DNA of 64,000 nt. Source: a bacterium (lineage in GTDB: Bacteria; UBA8248). Under the pieces are notes generated by a model. The model worked only from the letters and a program-made list of their open reading frames with translations. It had not been told where the DNA came from and did not search any database. The translations under genes were made by a program, and so were the position numbers. The DNA lies in assembly GCA_965219955.1 (NCBI GenBank), contig OZ244799.1, positions 3,648,001-3,712,000 of the forward strand. The letters run 5' to 3'. This document shows, piece after piece, positions 60,211 through 64,000 of the stretch (the stretch's first letter is position 1; every line of letters begins with the position of its first letter).

Positions 60211-60240
60211 TTGACTAGCTAATAAATAAGTATATATTAT
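60211..60240 (+). promoter_or_regulatory. Divergent sigma70 promoter toward the lipase gene
   Basis: TTGACT followed 16-18 nt later by TATATT/TATTAT. Confidence 0.5.
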
Positions 60241-60407
60241 ACCTCAGATGGCCAATGGTGGCTAACAACATGAGGAACCAGGACGATGGATAATCAGACC
60301 GAACAGCAGCTCAAGGACACCGAAAAGGCGGCTCGAGCGTGTCGACAGGTCCGCTTCAAGACGCCGAAGCCGGACGCAACAGTTATCAGACAACGAGGAG
60401 GGAGATT

Positions 60408-61472
60408 ATGTTAACAGCAACCAGCAACGAGATTGCCCAGAAGATTCTCGCCAAGAAAATGCCAAGCTACCGGAAGGCCTACAGTGACCGCATGGCGTGG
60501 CTCATGGCGTACATGTCCGAATTGGCCTATCTCAAATTCGATAAACCTGGCACTGATAGTGACATCACCCTGATGCTAGTTGAGCGCGCACTAAAAAGTG
60601 TGAAAAAAGGAACTGCCGAGAAGATCATCGGGGCTATTCGAAAAAGCTACGGGTACGATCACGAAGCCGAAAAAGATAAACTGAAACGCTCTTTGGAGCA
60701 GATTGGCTGGAAGTTGGCCGAGACGATCAGCGTTAACGCTACACAAGCTTTTGTGGCGTATAACGACGAATTCGCAGTCTTGGCGTTTCGTGGAACTGAA
60801 GCAGACCGAATCCAGGATATCAGGGCGGATATTAGGGCGACTCAGACGCCGAATCCGATGGGAGGACAGGTGCATTCGGGGTTCCAGGGTCAGTACGACG
60901 ATGTCGAAATCGCTGTCGAAGATGCGTTAGACAAAGACGAAATCAAGGGTAAGCCACTGTTTCTCACCGGGCACAGCTTGGGAGGGGCTGTTGCGACAAT
61001 CGCCACAAGGCAGTTAAACGCGGAACGCCAGATTGCGGCGTGCTATACGTTCGGGTCTCCACGAGTCGGGTCTGAAGAGTGGGTTGCACAGGTTAAGACC
61101 CCTATCTACCGGATCGTGAATTCAGCCGATCCCGTACCGGGGGTACCTTTCAGCGGGACTATGATCTTTTGGGGTGTGAAAGTATTTCGAACATTAGGGC
61201 GATTGATCCCCTATGGGCGGATATTGGTAGCGTTTGGTAACTGGCTGGAGAGGGCTATGTCAGGATACACGCATACCGGAAATATGCGTTTCCTGACGGA
61301 TTGCAAGGGCGGAGATCTGTCAAAAGCCGAATTACTATATACGGTGGGATGGGGTAGACGGTTTCGAGGCGCGCTGAGCGGGATTAAACCTTGGGGAAAG
61401 GTTCTCGGTGATCATGGAATCGCAATCTACCGACAGAAGATGATGTGCGTGGCTGACAAGAAGAATCCGTAA
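60408..61472 (+). CDS. Class 3 lipase family protein
   Basis: LAFRGTE, VHSGF, TGHSLGGA, TFGSPRVG, DPVP, terminal DH; RBS GAGGAGGGAG. Confidence 0.9.
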   Translation: MLTATSNEIAQKILAKKMPSYRKAYSDRMAWLMAYMSELAYLKFDKPGTDSDITLMLVERALKSVKKGTAEKIIGAIRKSYGYDHEAEKDKLKRSLEQIGWKLAETISVNATQAFVAYNDEFAVLAFRGTEADRIQDIRADIRATQTPNPMGGQVHSGFQGQYDDVEIAVEDALDKDEIKGKPLFLTGHSLGGAVATIATRQLNAERQIAACYTFGSPRVGSEEWVAQVKTPIYRIVNSADPVPGVPFSGTMIFWGVKVFRTLGRLIPYGRILVAFGNWLERAMSGYTHTGNMRFLTDCKGGDLSKAELLYTVGWGRRFRGALSGIKPWGKVLGDHGIAIYRQKMMCVADKKNP

Positions 61473-62147
61473 TTCCAACGCCGTAAATATTACTTAGTAG
61501 AGACGTGTCCCACATAGTCTTGACAAAATATTTAAGCGAGATTTACGAGACATCGTTGCTGTAGTCGGCATGCCATAGGTGCGAATCAGACACCGCCAGA
61601 GGGCATGCCCATTAGTGGCTGAGTGGGGTACCGGAAATGACTGTAAGCAAACTGTTGCGGTCGGATTTGAGGACTATTCTGACACGGACTCACCCGTTAG
61701 CGCGGGAGTTTGAATTTCCTCGTTTCCGATTTGATTACATACGGTTGATGGCGGACCCCGAAAGGGGACGGGAACAATGAACTTTTCACGATGATATCAA
61801 CCGTATAGCGGGATTTCACGGCTGATGGAAAACGATTTCTGTCTCCAAACGGGCAATGAACAAACTTCTTCTTTCACTTGAACCCAGTAAATCAGACCCG
61901 AAGACAGGCCGTATGGTGAAATCAAATCTGTAGCTTATTTTACAACAGCCAATTCAGGACATCTATACCGATAGGAAACGGTGTTGGCTTCGGAATCTTC
62001 GGGAATTCATTCGATGCGTTAACAATCTCGTGTGCAAGTGAATGTTATGTGAGTGGCGGCGACTTATGGCAGCGCAATTTCTCTGATAACCTGCCGTCAG
62101 CCGAGACAGCAATAAGCGAAAAAACCTCTGCTGAATGAGGGAAGCAC

Positions 62148-64000
62148 ATGCGGGATGAAGCGAAAAAAGTGGAGCAGTACTCTGTGCAGGACGTAATCTC
62201 ACTACCTGAATTGGTTTGGAGCAAGCGGCACGCACTCGGTACAATCAAACATTTGGTGCGTCCTCAACAAGACGATGCTATTAATGAGAAGACTCGGATC
62301 CGCGTATCCGCACGAATTGAAGAACCATTCCTCGTCCTTGCTTCCGGTGAAAAGGTTGTTCTGACTCGCCGACGCACATGTCCGCATCCGGACGATGCTG
62401 ACGGTGTTCTCCAACTACAAGACGATGGGTCTTATACTTGGTTGTCTCACCGTCTTCTTGAGAAGCAATATCAGGAAAATGAATGGAAGCGCCTAAAGAC
62501 TGATATATCTTTGTCTTGGCAGCCTGGTATTCGTTATGTCGCTGAAGAGATTAATAACGCTGGTAATATTGTCCGTCCAGGCTTGAGACCACCGCAAATC
62601 GGGGCACTTCATGGAATCGGCGCGCACTGGAGCCTACATCGGACGCCTGCCACAATAATCATGCCCACCGGTACTGGCAAAACTGAAACCATGATCGCTG
62701 CGCTTGTTGGCGAAATTCATGGTTCTCTCTTGGTAGTTACCCCGTCCACTTCACTGCGCAGACAGACACAGCGCAAGTTCCTGTCACTTGGCTTGCTAAG
62801 GCAGCTGGGTGTTATTGGCGACGAGGTACGCAATCCGATTGTTGGAACAATCACCAAGAGGCCGCGCGCTGAGGATGATCTTGATATTTTCACGGATTGC
62901 CATGTCGTCATAGCGACAATGAGCGTGGTCAGCCAAGGTACTGCCACCGATCTGGGATCCCAGATCGCAGATCGGTGTAGCAGCTTAATCATTGATGAAG
63001 CTCACCACGTAACTGCAAAGAGTTGGTCTTCATTCCGGGATCACTTTGCCGATCGACGTGTATTGCAGTTCACTGCCACGCCGTACCGACGAGACGGCAT
63101 GCTTGTGGATGGCGACATTATTTATTCGTATCCCCTACGGCGAGCCCAAGAGGACGGTTATTTCAAGCCAATCAATTTTGAACCCGTTTGCGAGATTGAC
63201 GGGAAAGATGCAGATTACGCCATTTCCAGGAAGGCCGTCGAACAACTCAAGGCTGATCTCGATGCAGGCTTTGATCATATCTTGATGGCGAGGTGTGGCC
63301 GGATTAGTCGGGCAGAACAGATCCTAAATACCTATCAGAAGCTATGTCCTCAGTACAATCCTGTTCTTGTTCATTCTGAGAACCCTGATGCCTACAAACA
63401 TCTCGAAAATTTGTTTTCGGGAAAAAGCCGAGTTGTGGTCTGTGTTGAAATGCTAGGCGAGGGTTTTGACTTGCCACAGCTAAAGATCGCCGCCGTTCAC
63501 GATACTCATAAGAGTCTCGCTATATTACTACAGTTCACAGGGCGTTTCACACGAACAGCATCTCGCAATATCGGCGATGCGACGGTTATCGCGAACATTG
63601 CCGACCAAGAGGTTTCTGCCGGACTGGAAAGGCTTTACAGCGAAGATGCAGATTGGAACTATCTGCTGGCTGAATTTAGTTCGAATGCGGCTAGAGAACA
63701 TAAGGAACTCGTCGAATTCTTATCACAATCTGCACCACTTGCAGAGCATTATGATCAAAAAGGTCAAGTTTCTCTATCACCGAGCCTTTTTCGGCCCAAG
63801 TTCAGCGCCGTAGCTTACCGAGCCACTGAATTCAACGCTTCCCGATTTTACAATGCTATTTCCGATTCAACGGAAGTTCACAACGCATGGCTTCACGCGG
63901 TATCCAATACGCTATATTTTGTTACCAAAAGTGAACCACCCGTTCAGTGGACGCGAGCTAAATCTGTTCACGATAGGGAGTGGCACCTGTTTGTTGTTCA
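62148..64000 (+). CDS. SF2 DEAD/DEAH helicase (ResIII-like), 3'-truncated by window
   Basis: Manual translation: GLRPPQIGALH, MPTGTGKTETM, IIDEAHH, QFTATPYR, LGEGFDLP, QFTGRFTR; absent from ORF track. Confidence 0.9.
   Translation, partial: MRDEAKKVEQYSVQDVISLPELVWSKRHALGTIKHLVRPQQDDAINEKTRIRVSARIEEPFLVLASGEKVVLTRRRTCPHPDDADGVLQLQDDGSYTWLSHRLLEKQYQENEWKRLKTDISLSWQPGIRYVAEEINNAGNIVRPGLRPPQIGALHGIGAHWSLHRTPATIIMPTGTGKTETMIAALVGEIHGSLLVVTPSTSLRRQTQRKFLSLGLLRQLGVIGDEVRNPIVGTITKRPRAEDDLDIFTDCHVVIATMSVVSQGTATDLGSQIADRCSSLIIDEAHHVTAKSWSSFRDHFADRRVLQFTATPYRRDGMLVDGDIIYSYPLRRAQEDGYFKPINFEPVCEIDGKDADYAISRKAVEQLKADLDAGFDHILMARCGRISRAEQILNTYQKLCPQYNPVLVHSENPDAYKHLENLFSGKSRVVVCVEMLGEGFDLPQLKIAAVHDTHKSLAILLQFTGRFTRTASRNIGDATVIANIADQEVSAGLERLYSEDADWNYLLAEFSSNAAREHKELVEFLSQSAPLAEHYDQKGQVSLSPSLFRPKFSAVAYRATEFNASRFYNAISDSTEVHNAWLHAVSNTLYFVTKSEPPVQWTRAKSVHDREWHLFVV

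Larger units (their letters stand above)
43400..64000. mobile_element. Integrative mobilizable element / genomic island (left end approximate, right end outside window)
   Basis: Tandem integrases, MOBF relaxase, HU, SSB, plasmid-type DUFs, lower-GC cargo; no T4SS or coupling protein seen. Confidence 0.8.

Noticed and set aside
61480-62147. Possible IS end or small ORFs between lipase and helicase
   Set aside because: No paired inverted repeat or credible coding frame found.

Overview
A GC-rich Gram-negative bacterial chromosome segment in two parts. (1) 1-43.3 kb is backbone: TRAP permease, tandem-domain thyX, an RND efflux pair split by an antisense AAA-ATPase/DUF4276 cassette, hydrolases and oxidoreductases, queG, an ABC transporter, cytochrome c', gatAB, a diadenylate cyclase, degP and two DMT transporters. 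Many intergenic spaces hold composite repeats, in which IS5/IS1182-like ends (TGTTGAAAAA...TTTTTCAACA) enclose interchangeable REP-type palindromes and nest inside one another with 5-bp target duplications. There is also a hicB-hicA pair with a nonsense toxin and an orphan promoter followed by a closed-stem RNA candidate. (2) From about 43.4 kb to the window end is an integrative mobilizable element. It has two tandem tyrosine integrases, a cassette bounded by a 38-bp duplication of the integrase 3' end, HU and a MOBF relaxase. A leading-region-like block follows (4x C4 zinc-finger protein, acidic peptide, SSB, DUF4326, DUF2493/SLOG) with an Frpo-like single-strand promoter hairpin and a candidate oriT plus RHH gene. 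The lower-GC cargo is a translationally coupled RHH-GNAT-XRE-ImmA/IrrE operon, a class-3 lipase and a large SF2 helicase that runs off the window. The best candidates for an undescribed system are the RHH-GNAT-XRE-IrrE operon and the ssDNA-promoter leading region. No rRNA, tRNA or CRISPR array was seen. All family calls are by motif recognition by eye, not database search.
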